Assembly (NCBI GenBank): GCA_951406725.2
Contig: OX597818.1
Span: 105,028,001-105,092,000 of the forward strand
Reading direction: 5' to 3'
Length of the DNA stretch: 64,000 nucleotides
From: Octopus vulgaris
Taxonomy: Eukaryota
Each line of letters begins with the position of its first letter. Position 1 is the first letter of the stretch. A model generated the notes under the pieces. The model was not told where the DNA came from. It was given only the letters and a program-made list of their open reading frames with translations, and searched no databases. Shown here in pieces: positions 51,787-64,000 of this stretch. The translations under genes and the position numbers were made by a program.

Positions 51787-54700
51787 CAATAAAGTGTCGA
51801 TATCAAACACTAAAGGCCTTTTACACGGAAGAAATAAACAAGAAAGATATTAATTAAAAGAGAAAAGAAATAAAAAGAACTATGGATAATGAAAGAGACT
51901 ATGGACAAATTCCTAATTTGGTTATTATGAGGTATTTCAGATTCAGTGCTGGGGTTGTTTTACATAAAAACAATTATTTGTGGAGCAAATGAGCATTCCG
52001 AATGCTAGTTTGTCATTACTAATAGATATAAGTAATGATACAAAAGCAAAACAAAAAAAAAAAGAGGAAAACTTTTCCGACTGAGTTACTGGACCAGAGT
52101 TTTTTAAACTTTTCTATAAGATGTAGTTTTGCATGCTAATTACAAAAACTACGTTCCTATTTCGAGAAAAACAATAAAAATCTGGAAATGAGATAGAATT
52201 TTAGGAATTTTTTTACTATTATTATCCGCCTACCACAAAAGCTTTATTATAGTTAGCTTCGACCAAAGAAACATACTTTCAGATCATGAATGCATTCATT
52301 TAAATTTTGTCGTTAATTATCTGGGGTTTTAAAAACGTGATTTTATTACCTTTCTGTTGAAAATAATGTTTCCATTCATTCATTTATAGAAAGCGTAATG
52401 ATAGACGGGACATAACTCCGTGTTAACTTATCGAAATACATAACTGGTCGCAATATTTGCAGACAGAAGATAGTGAAATGATTCTAGTATATGACCGTTG
52501 CATATTAACCAGCCCCAGAAGAATAAAAGGCAAACACATTGACAAGTTTTGAACTCAAAATATAGAGCGATAGAACTAAATACAGAAAGACATATAACCA
52601 TTAATATTTACTTCCTAAATACATACCAACGAGAGAAGCCTCTACACATGACTGTCTCCTAAACATCTCACTTCAATATATCCTACGATCATAAAAAGAG
52701 GAAGGACTCTTTGGATAATATAGTCGTGGATATACAAAACAAAACGAGCTGGTCAAAGCTGGAATGTTTTTGACCATAGATCACTGTTTGATCAAGACTG
52801 ATCTGGGGATAAACAAGATCTTAGGTACCTTTAAAACAGTCAAATCCCAATATTATTATTGGTATTTATTGCAAAACAAACTCTCGTGAGATTTAAACTC
52901 ACATAAAGTAACATTACTAACTAGTCCTTTCTAATATAGGCATGGGGTCTGACATTTTGGGAGAGGGCCTAATCAATTATATCAACCCCAGAGCTCAACT
53001 GGTAATTATTTTATCTACCACGAAAGGTAGAATTTGAACTCAGAACATAAACATGGACAGAATTTGAACTCAAAACATAAACATGGTCAAAATTCTTAGA
53101 AACACTGTCCAATGCTAATGATTCTGCCAGCTCACCACTTTAAACATTACTAAATAATGTAAAGCATTTTATTTGATTCCTCTACTAATTGTACTATTCA
53201 CTGTCTATAATGATTTCCAAATTTGGTACTAGGCCATACATTTTGGTACAGGAAATAATAGTTTTAATCGAGCCCAGTACTTGAATGGCACTTATTTAAA
53301 TTATTCAAAAGGAGTCAGTGTAATTTGAATGTACAAACAAAGTGCTTTACAAATTTTACCATACATTATTTATGGTAAGAATTTCTAAATTTTAGTACAA
53401 GATCATACATTTTACTAGAAGCAGCAGTTGTTTAAAACAACCCCAATATTTGACTGATGCTAATGGAAATGAACGTTAAAGTTGACCTGACTGAAATTTG
53501 AACTCAGAACATATAAGGATAAATGTTTATACCACAAAGCATTTTGTTTGTTCTCTAGGTCCTGAATTAAAAAAGTCATTAGAGTATTAGATAAAATGCC
53601 TTGGTGTATTTGTTCTGACTCTGTATGATCTGAGTTCAAATCCAGCCAAGGACAACTTTACCTTTAATCTTTTCAGGTTCAATAAAAAGTACTAGTGCAT
53701 GATGTTGGATTGGAAGAAGTATCAAACAGGTGAACCAGATATCTTGTGGTATTTCTTCCACTTCTTTGTGATCTAAGTTTCAATCCCACCATGGTCTACT
53801 TTGGCAGTAGACTTCAGCTGTCACCCACTTTAGCACCACCACCTGACACCTTTGATGTTTTTTGTGGAGTTTATTCTATATTAGGCATTTGTATCTGGTC
53901 TACTGTTTCAGGATAACTTCTTACCTCCCGACTTCCAGCCTCAGAACTGCTATCAAAGAGTTCAAAGACACTGTCTTCCCTCTTGACTAAAAACTAATAA
54001 CAAAATTCTGTTATGTACTGTCTCACCATCAATACTAATATGATTTCTAATATAGGCACATGGCAACAAATTTGGAATAAAGTGTATAGTTTATTACATG
54101 ACTGATACTTTATCAATCCACCCCTCAGGAGAATGAAAGACAAAACTAAGCCTAGTAGGATTTGAACTCGGGAAGTGGAGAAACAAAATAAAATACCACA
54201 AGGTATTTTTCCAAAACTCTATAGTAGAGATTTGCAACCTTTTTTTTTTTTATCTATAGCACATTGAACAAGTTAAGTTTTCAAAAGTTTTATTCTCTGT
54301 CAAGAAAAAGATGATGAGCAGGCAGAATCATTAGAGCTGTGTTTGTTTTGGCTCCTTAAATTCCAAGTTCAAAATGTGCCAAGGTTAGGTTTGCCTTTTG
54401 TCCTTTTGAAGTCAATAAAATAAAGTACTAATCAAATACAGGAGTTAATAGTGTCAACTAAAGCCACTCACTTCAAAATTACCTATTTTCTGCTTAAAGC
54501 AAAAACACATAGAAATCATTATTATTGAATGAAGAAATCATAGAGGGGAGCCTACTACTAGGACCAATCAAGGAACCCTGTGCTGGCTATAATCTCTATA
54601 GAAAATCTGTAGAGATGACCTTAACATGTGATTTAAGTGTACTGCTAACACAGTAGCACACGGTATTGATTTATAAAACTGTTTAATATACTGTTGTCCT

Positions 54701-55703
54701 GCAATTTACAGACATATTCTTAGAGTTGTTCCATTCACCCTCACCATATTTGTCACAGTCATTGGAGGAGAGCTTTCCCTATCAACCCTCTCTTTCTTTC
54801 CCAAATAGAACTTGAAAATTTGATAAAGGCTTCATTGAACAGAAATTTGCCTTCAATCTGTTCAGCCTCATCCACCATACAACCTCTTTTGCCATAACCA
54901 ACAGAAAGAGGAACAATGCCAGCCCTGCATTAATGTACGAAATTTGAGAAGTAATCTTCATGATGGACTTGGCCGATAACCAATGTTCCTAATTCAGGCA
55001 CTAACCAATAATTTTGAGGAGAGAGGTAAGCTGATATCATCACCCCCATTATTTGACTACTACTCAGTTTTATTGATTTCAAGTAGAATGGCAGATGAAG
55101 CTAGTACTTCACTGGTACATTATTTTATCGACCCTGAACAGACGAAAAGCAAAGTTGACTTCAGCAGGATTTGAACCCAGAATGTAAAGAGCCAGAATAT
55201 ATATCCTGATGCATTTTGCCAAACTTTCTAACTATTCTGTCAATCCAGTGGGTGTTGAGTGTCTTCCACAATAAGCTAGCATTCAAGTACCAAAGCTTAT
55301 AATTTGCAGAAAGAGACCTTGTGAGACCTCTAACAAGGCTGATGTCTGCTCTCACAGAATCAACCTGAGCAAGTAAGTCCAAGAGCTCTGAGAATTGAAA
55401 CAATAATAATAATCCTTTCTACTATAAGCACAAGACCTGAAATTTGGGGCGGGGAAAAGTCGATTAAATGGATCCCCGGTACTTCACAGGTACTTATTTT
55501 ATCAACATTGAAGGGATGAAAGGCAAAGTCAACATCAGCAGAATTTGAATTCAGAATGTAAAGATGGATGAAATGCCTCTATGCATTTTGTTCAACATGC
55601 AAACAATCCTGTCAGGTACCTGCCTTAATAATAATAATAATAATAACAATAATGACGACGACAATAACTATAACAATAACAACAACAACAATAATAAATT
55701 TAC

Positions 55704-55805
55704 CTCTAGAGACATGGGATCCTCAATGACACTAATATCAAATTTACTTTCTTTGGCATTTTCTGTATCTTTTCTTTCATAAAATATCAATTTTGATTTG
55801 TTACC
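55704..55805 (-). CDS. CYTH/CyaB-like protein, internal exon
   Basis: TAG| GNKSKLIFYERKDTENAKESKFDISVIEDPMSLE |GTAAAT; 102 nt, phase 0; LIxYxRxD...KxS motif. The upstream exon(s) with ExExK/RLKLR were not found in the window. Confidence 0.9.
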
Positions 55806-56984
55806 CTACAATAAAAAGAAAAATGTTATAAATCTCAATAATACTAAAACTCTAGAGATGTTTGTGTGTACCTGAAATATCTCAGAAATAGCATATTTTA
55901 TCTTAATTTTTTTTTTGCATATTTATATTTAAAACTTACCTTTAGCAGTACAGTACAAACTTTTGAGATATTTGGACCTCTATTTAAAAAAAATTAAACA
56001 CAATTTTTGTTTTTTATTTCTTGACAAAAAAAAACATGGCTTCCATGACGTCAACACACATACACACATAATGAATGTCATGGTTTGTCAATCAACACAA
56101 ACACATCTGCTATCTGTGACATATACACACACATAGTGTTCGCAATTTCTAACTAAGAAAAACGTCAACTTTATGACATACACAATATTTTAATTATTTA
56201 GAAATATTTTTAATTGAATGTGATTTCATCATCCATAGTTCATTAATTTCTGTAAAAAAATTTTATTTATTTACTTTTGTTTTAAAGTGAAAGAGAGATG
56301 TATGTACGTGTGTGGAAGAGAGAGAGAGAGAAAGAGAGAAAGGAAGAAAGAGAGAGAGGGTGAGTGAAGCAGTGTGTTGTCATATATGCATGCATACATC
56401 AATACATATGCATACATCTTTTATGTATGTATGTGTGCATGAGAGAGAGTGAGTGAGTGAACTTGTGTGTTCTCATGTATGTGTAAGTAGCACTCTCTCT
56501 CCCTCACACACACACACATCCAATTCATATACCCTTTCATACATCTTCCACTTTCTCTTCTCTTTCACTTTAAAACAAAAGTAACAGGTGATTTTCAGGA
56601 TAAAATTTGTTAAAAAAAGCTTCTACTCATGTAAAATTCACACACAAAAGTTTTCAGAATTGCCAACATGGCCAGGGGAAAAAGGTATTCAATTTGGTTG
56701 AATTTAGCATAATTTCACTCACTTATGATTAAATTTTTATTAGATTTAAGCCCTTATTTTTTCTGTAAATCCTATTCTGACATTCCAGTACAAATGTTTA
56801 CATTTTGTAACTCTCTACAGAAAAACAAAAAATGTCAGCAGTTCCAATTAAATAATTCCAGAAGTTAAGTTAGATATATATACATGCATAAGTACTATGA
56901 ATTCCCATTCTACAAACTGGCAAACTTTACCGGGAAATGCTGGGTAGTAAGTCTAGTAGCAATTAAAACTTAGTTTTTTATTTA

Positions 56985-58620
56985 TATGAAGGTTGGTGCA
57001 TATGTAGGATGGTGATGGGGAGTGGAAGAGGTATTGGTGTATGAAAGATAAGTGATGGGGGAGCGGTGATATGGGAGCAGTAGGTGGGGAGGACGGTTAA
57101 AACAAGGAGGGTGTGGGGAGAAAGGTGGGTAGAAGAACTGTGGAGGAGAGGTTTTGAGTGAGAAAATTGAGCTCCCATTCCCTCTGGATCCAGGTGGAGT
57201 GATCATGTTGAAGATTGAGAGGTGTTGGCTGGAAAACTGAATAGAACGAACATGTCAAGAGACTGGAGACCTGTTGCTTCATCAGATGGCTCTGAGGTGT
57301 TCCATGTACCTCTCAGTCAGTTAGCAGGTAGTATAGAAAAGATTGCAAAGGGAACAATGAACTGCAAAAACAAGGTTGGTGGAAGTCCAACAGAAGGAGT
57401 CTCTGTGGAAAGTGTAATGGTTAGGGCCAATAAGGGAGGTAGTATTAGAAAAGAAAGAGCGAGTATGGGAGCAGGAGCAGAGAAGGAGCTATGAGGTTAT
57501 TGAGACTACAGTAACAGTTAAAGGAGAGGAAAGAAACTGGAGATGCAAGGTCAGATTGAAGGCAATGGAAGAGGTGGAGAATGGCGCATTGTAGGGGTAG
57601 AGTGATAGGTAAGAGGGAAGAAGCTGCAATGGTTGGGACTCTGGACACAGAGTGTAAGGACTAAGGTGCAATCAATGGTATGAGCACAGGAGAGGGCAGA
57701 GTAGATAAGGGAGAGAGGATAGGCATGTAGAATGAAGATGTGGGCTATATGTTGGACCTACATTTTGAATTCATATTTACTGCTGCAGAGGGACCAAAAA
57801 CAGAGGAATTGAGGATGAAGGATTTGGTGTGGCTGGGATGAGGTGGGGGAAGTCAAGATTGGTGTATGTGTCAGTGGGTTTCTAAAAGTCAGAGGTGGAG
57901 AGGGTGGAGCTAGGGTAGTCAATGGAGATGATGACGTAAAGGAAATAAAGGAAGGTTTGGGATGTGAACTGGAAAGAGGAGTTCCAGTGAACTAACAAAG
58001 GAGATAAAAGTGTTCTTTGCAAAAAAGGGAGGTGGTCCTGAAATAGTAATTAAGAAACTGACCACACAGCTCTGGAGAAATGGGGACTGGTGAACTGAGA
58101 GAAAATTTGAAGACTTAAAATAACCAACAAATAAGCTGGCATAGTTGGGTCCTCTCCATGTTCCTATGACCACTCCAGTGACCTGCTCATACATCTAATC
58201 CACGTAAAAAAAAGCAGTTGAGGGTGAGAACCAGTTTGGCTAGATGGAGGAGTGTGGTGTGTAAGAGAAAGAAATGTTTGAGAGCTTAATGGCCTTCAAT
58301 GTGAAGGATGAAGTATAAAGAAATGATATCCATGGTGCAAATAAGACAAGAAGGTCAGGGGGATATGAAGACGGAGTTGAAGAGATGGATGGTATGATTG
58401 GTGTTGTGGATATGGCAGAGGAGGGCAGCACCAGGGGTTCAAGGAGGATATCAAGGTAGTGAGAAATGAGTTTAGTGGATTAGTTAGGACAGCCAAAATT
58501 TTCAGAGATTTGTGATCTTCATGAAGAAACAGATAATGGAGGTATGGGGTGTGTGGACAATAAAGAGTGAAGCAGTTGAAGAAAAGAAGGAAAGAAGAAA
58601 TGAGCTGGATGATGGTGGGT
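56985..58620 (-). mobile_element. Penelope-like element relic
   Basis: ORF 57919-58194 YEQVTGVVIGTWRGPNYASLFVGYF resembles the Penelope RT motif GVAMG..MGP.YA.LF; strong purine/pyrimidine strand skew; heavily decayed. Confidence 0.7.
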
Positions 58621-59029
58621 GTGCGTACAAACGTATGTATAGTTATTTAACAAAGATCCCTAATTATTATCATATTCTGATCTGATAACATATATGACTA
58701 AGTCTATCCATTCACTGTAGAGAATGATCTCTTAGATAAAAGGAGTTCTCAGATCAAGACGAATCTACTTTAGTCACATGCACTTAACATGTGTCCCAAC
58801 CTCATTGAATGTAAATCATAAAAGGCAATAGTTTTCTATTATGCCAGGTAAAGAACAAGTATTTACAACTCTGTCTGGGTATGGATGTAGTAACAACTGA
58901 CTAACCATTGTCTAGAATTTTTTTGTATGTTTTTTTTTAGCTTTATCATCATCATCATTATCATTTTTATCATCATCATCATCATCATCACTATTATCAT
59001 TATTCTCGTTAATATTATTATCATTATTA

Positions 59030-60245
59030 TTAGGTCATCCCCTAAATAATGCAGTTTTCTTTATGCTTCTTTTATTTTTCAAGATTAAAATAAACAAAGT
59101 TCTTTTTTAATCTAAAATATACTCTTCTTCATTTTCTTCAATGCTCTTCCATCTTTCTGGAAGGCTCCTCTTCCAAAATTCACTTGTCTGTGATGAAAAA
59201 TACTCTTCCAGTATTGTTCTGACCTTGTCTACAGAAATTTTTCTTCCATACAAATGATTTTGAAGATTGTGGATAATCAGATGGAGCAATGTCCAGTGCA
59301 TATGGTTAGTGGGGCATCATTTCCCGTTCAGACTGCTCCAGCCTTTGGAATGTCATCCTCACTGTATGTGGCCAAGCATTATCTTAATGGAAGAACACCT
59401 TTTCTCTTGAAACCAAAGATGACTTTAGCCACTCAACAGATCTCCTTTGTTATCATTTGGTTTTGGTTTAAAAGTTCAAAGTGGACTAAACCTTTCAAAT
59501 CTCGCCAAACAGATAACAACACCTTATGTGGGTGAAGACCGTCTTTAGTCTGGGGTGCCAGTGTTTCTCCTTTCTTTATCCACTGTCTTCAGCAGTTGAC
59601 ATTTTTACAGAGAACCCATTTCTCACCACCAACCACTCTTCAGTCCAAAAAGGTTTCATTAGTGAGACGTGACAGCAAAGAAGAGTGCACATTCACTCTC
59701 TGTGCACAATTAGACTTGGAAGTTTGTGAGGAGCCCATTCAACCAATTTGCTGACTTTTCCAATGGTATGCAAGTGTCAATGAATGGTTGAATGACCAAA
59801 TCTAAGCTTCTCTGCTAGTTCCTCAACAGTTATGCAGAGTTTGCAGGAGGTCCTTGTCAAGCTCTACAGATCTTCCAAGAAAGGCTCATCTTCTATGCTG
59901 TAGTTTCTGGCTCGGAATTTCTGGACCCACCATTGACACAGGCTTACGCTTATTGTCCAGTTCCCATATACTACATTAATATTCCTCACACTTTACATTG
60001 CATTGTTGCCTTTATTGAACTCATAAGCAAAATATGCCAAATATGCCCCTTTGTCACTTCCATTACAGCTTTGAAAAAATAACTGTTAAAATCAAACTGC
60101 ACTCTTCAAAACTTGCACTAAGAATAAGTACAAGGTAAAATTACGATCTGCTTTTATAGCAAGTTGATGCAGGTAGTTTATCCTCCCCCTCCAACTTTTA
60201 GTTCATGCAATTGAAAAAAACCACATTATTTATGGGATGACCCAA
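59030..60245 (-). mobile_element. Full-length (~1.2 kb) degenerate mariner transposon
   Basis: TA|TTAGGTCATCCCCTAAATAATG ... CATTATTTATGGGATGACCCAA|TA. Transposase remnants GEKWVL and LQNHL...FWKRSLPERWKSIEENEEEYILD. Confidence 0.9.
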
Positions 60246-61029
60246 TATTATTATTAAGGCAACAAGCTGACTGAATTGTTAGTAAGCCAGGGAAAAAGTT
60301 TAGCAGTACTTTGTCTATCTTTACATTCTGAATTCAAGTTCTGCCAATGCCAAGGCAGACTTTGCCTTTCATCTCATCAGGATTGATGAAATAAGTTCCA
60401 CTGGGGGCAATGTAATCAACTTACCCCTAGCCCAAACTTGCTGGACTTGTGCTAAAATTTGAAACCATTATCATTATTATTATTAATATTATTATTATTA
60501 TTATTATTAACATTAATATTATTATCATTAAGGCAGCAAGCTGGCAGAATTGTTAGCATGCTGAACAAAATACTTAGCATATTTTGTCTGTTGCTACGTT
60601 CTGAGTTCAAATTCTGTTGGGGTTGACTTTACCTTTCATCCATTGAGGGTCAATAAAATAAGTCGAAACTTGAACACTTGGGTCGATGTAATTGACTCAT
60701 CCTCTCCCCCAAAATTGCTGTCCTTGTGGCAAAATTTGAAACCATTATTATTATCATTATTATTGTTTTACTTCCCAGAGCACTTGGTAGAGTATGGAGG
60801 ACTGTTTTTTGTCCAACATGCTAAAGACCACCATGGAGGCAACTTAGGTCAACTTGACAGCCATATCTTATCCAAGCACCCAAAGACCCAACACTTAGAC
60901 AAATACGGGAGTATGTCCTTATAAATGAAACTTCCCCAATACTGAATAGGAAATATACATAGTAGATATCATAACATCATACCCACAGTTTACACATGTA
61001 GAGTAGAATAGTTAATAGACCGTTATGTA

Positions 61030-61590
61030 GATAGATGTATGTATGTGTGGGTGTGGGTGTGTGTGTATGCACATGTATTTTTTTTTTGTATGTAAGCAGA
61101 TTGATATGAAAATAAACAGATCAACATACAGATGAATAGGTTTGTAGGTTGTAAGAACAGACAAGCAAACAAGCACACATACACAAATGGAGACTGAAAC
61201 ACATGACCATATATACACACACACTTTACTCCACACAAGGACACATATGGAGACACGGGTCCACACATATAGAGATGCACATCCATACATACAAACATGG
61301 TACATAGTTGCAAAACACACACACACACAGACATGTACACACAAAGAGACAGAGGTGCATACATATACAAACACATGCTCACACACACACATACATAAAA
61401 AAAACACAAACATGGACATGCAAGCACATGAATATGCAGTATACATACATATATACATATGCATACACACACACATATATATATATATATACATACACAC
61501 ACATGCATACATACATATGTACATGCATGCATAGGCACACACACACACACACACACACTGACCCACACACATGCACACAAACAAACAAAA
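61030..61590. repeat. Degenerate (CA/TA)-rich microsatellite field
   Basis: Directly visible; it explains the long low-complexity ORFs at 61012-61791. Confidence 0.9.
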
Positions 61591-62649
61591 AGGAACAAAG
61601 TGTACATAACGGACAGAGTCAAGACTATTGAAAAGGTTGCAAGACGCAACAAAAATTTTAGGAAAATAAAAATAAGAAATAAGTGGAAATTTTACCAGTG
61701 AGTGTGTTAAATTATAAGGCACAAATAGAAAATGACTCTCCCCAGACAGAACAGAATATGTATGTATACGTTCATATATGTAAGTATTCATATGTTATAT
61801 ATATATATATATATATATTTGTATTTATGTGCTATCTATGTATATTATCTGGAATTATCCAGTGATTTTTTGCTAGTTTATTTTGTCTTTTCTCCTGGTG
61901 CTGTATGAACATTTAATGTGGTTTTAGAGTCAAATTTTGGCTGCTATTTCCGGCATGGTAGTATCTCTTAGATACCCTAAATTATGATTTTAACAATAAT
62001 TATTACCTTTGAAGGTTTTTATTCCCATGCTAGCCACTTGATAAGATCAATATGTAAATAACGATCTTATACTTATATATATATATATATATATACATCA
62101 GACTACTTTTAGTTTCTGCCTACCAAATCTACTCTCAAGATTTTGATTGGCCCAAGGCTTTAGTAGAAGACACTTGTTCAAGAGCCTCATAGAAATGATA
62201 CTCTTGTTCATTTCTCAGTCCGGATTATGGTATATATGCAGAGATAACTGTTTCTATGATGTTGCCCATGACTACTCTAAGCTTAAAATTTAAAACTTTT
62301 ATACCTATTCCATTGTTAGAGTGATAATGATCTCATGGTTCTATTTCTTGCAGACAATGCTCTGTAGCTGAGTGGTTTTGACATTTGAAGACAAGGGGAA
62401 TTAAAAATACCTCACTTGGAAAACAACTAAGGACATTAACAGGAAGGACAGCTGACTGTAGAATTGTGCCTCAATAAGTCTTGTACAACCCATACCAGCA
62501 TGGTGGTTGTAAAAACAACAATAATGATTATTATAATGATGATGATATATTATTTAAATAATTCTAGCTTAATAACAAATTTTAAAATATTTACAATTTT
62601 TTAAAACCTTCTCACTCAAGCTATAGAGTTTTAAAGTTATCCCTACAGA

Positions 62650-63839
62650 TCATCATCATCATCATCATCATCATCATCGTTTAGCGTCCGCTTTCCATGC
62701 TAGCATGGGTTGGACGGTTCAGCTGGGGTCTGGGAAGCCAGAACGCTGCACCAGGCCCAGTCTGATCTGGCAATGTTTCTACGGCTGGATGTCCTTCCTA
62801 ACGCCAACCACTCCGTGAGTGTAGTGGGTGCTTTTTATGTGCCACCAGCACAGGTGCCAGACAAGGCTGGCAAACGGCCACAATCAGATGGTGCTTTTTA
62901 CGTGCCACCGGCATGGGGGCCAGGTGAGGTTGGCAACAGCCACGAACGGATGGTGCTTTTTACGTGCCACCAGCACAAGGCCAGTCGGGGCGGCGCTGGC
63001 AACGGCCACGTTCGGATGGTTCTCTTCGTGCCAACGGCACTGGTATCACAGCTGCAATATCCATTGATGTTGATTGATTTCGATTCTCACTTGCCTCAAC
63101 AGGTCTTCACAAGTAGAGTTTTGTGTCCCAAGAAGGAAAGGTATGCATAAGTGGACTGGCTACATCCCATGTAGAAGCCACAGGTTATGGTCTCACTTGT
63201 CCTGTCGGGTCTTCTCACGCACAGCATACTTCCAAAGGTCTCGGTCTCTAGTCATTTCCTCAGTGAGACCTAAAGTCCGAAGGTCGTGCTTCACCACCTC
63301 ATCCCAGGTTTTCCTGGGTCTGCCTCTTCCACAGGTTCCCTCAACCGCTAGGGTGTGGCACTTTTTCACACAACTATCTTCATCCATTCTCACCACATGA
63401 CCATACCAGCGCAAACGTCTCTCTTGCACACCACAACTGATGCTTCTTAGGTCCAGCTTTTCTCTCAAGGTACTTACACTCTGTCGAGTATGAACACTGA
63501 CATTACACATCCATCGGAGCATACTGGCTTCATTTCTTGTGAGCTTACGCATATCCTCAGCAGTCACGGCCCATGTTTCACTGCCATGTAGCATGGCTGT
63601 TCGTACACACGCGTCATACAGTCTGCCTTTTACTCTGAATGAGAGGCCTTTTGTCCCCAGCAGAGGTAAGAGCTCTCTGAACTTTGCCCAAGCTATTCTT
63701 ACTCTAGCAGTTACACTTTCAGCACACCCGCCCCCGCTACTGACTTGGTCACCTAGGTAACAGAAGCTATCAACTATTTCTAGTTTTTCTCCCTGGAATG
63801 TGGCAGAAGTTGGTCTCAGAGCATCTTCAGTGTTTAATT
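62650..63839 (-). mobile_element. Young 5'-truncated RTE LINE (open RT C-terminal frame 63193-63839)
   Basis: LEIVDSFCYLGD...RVKGRLYDACVRTAMLHGSETW...RRLRWYGHV...GRGRPRKTW uninterrupted; (GAT)n tail; TSD CTACAGA at 62643-62649 and 63840-63846. Confidence 0.95.
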
Positions 63840-64000
63840 CTACAGAAATTAGAACCAGCACTAATTTCTATAGAATATCTGAGAGATAACTTTACAAAAA
63901 AGTTAATTAATAACACTACCTATACAGGTGAAACACAGTATTGACTTATAAGTCTTTAACATACTTAGTAGTATATTGTGTTTGCATAATGGAATACGGT

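Noticed and set aside
50950-51857. Mirror-image ORFs of 85-122 aa on both strands
   Set aside because: Artefact of the foldback element's inverted arms.
61012-61791. 259-aa and 209-aa ORFs
   Set aside because: Translations of a CA/TA microsatellite field (C/V/Y/M or H/T rich); no coding signal.
62005-62060. Possible first coding exon of the CYTH gene (minus-strand AAG|GTAATA donor)
   Set aside because: No ExExK or RLKLR motif, and the short ATG-started frame ends in phase 1, incompatible with the phase-0 downstream exon.

Overview
AT-rich, repeat-dense eukaryotic (animal) genomic DNA, not prokaryotic. The repeat landscape (tRNA-derived SINEs, RTE LINEs with (GAT)n tails, many microsatellites) suggests an octopus-like cephalopod; this is an inference. 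Two convergent spliced genes can be reconstructed by hand. The first is a complete SKP1 (+ strand, 4 coding exons 22154-30841, 162 aa). The second is the 3' part of a CYTH/class IV adenylate cyclase (CyaB)-like gene (- strand, 3 exons 55805-44110); its first coding exon was not found and probably lies beyond the window. The rest is a layered transposon landscape: a degenerate Ty3/Gypsy provirus (5219-10894) with a MITE in its 5' LTR and a young gag-only LTR element inserted at its integrase GPY motif; two tandem ORF1-only Tx1-like units; several RTE copies (one with a PHD-like zinc finger inside the RT region, one 5'-inverted); Hero-, Penelope- and mariner-type relics; hAT, piggyBac-like and GG-terminal foldback MITEs; and Helitron/Helentron-type elements. 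I found no CRISPR array, operon or clearly new multi-gene system. Most short ORFs in the track are repeat or microsatellite noise.
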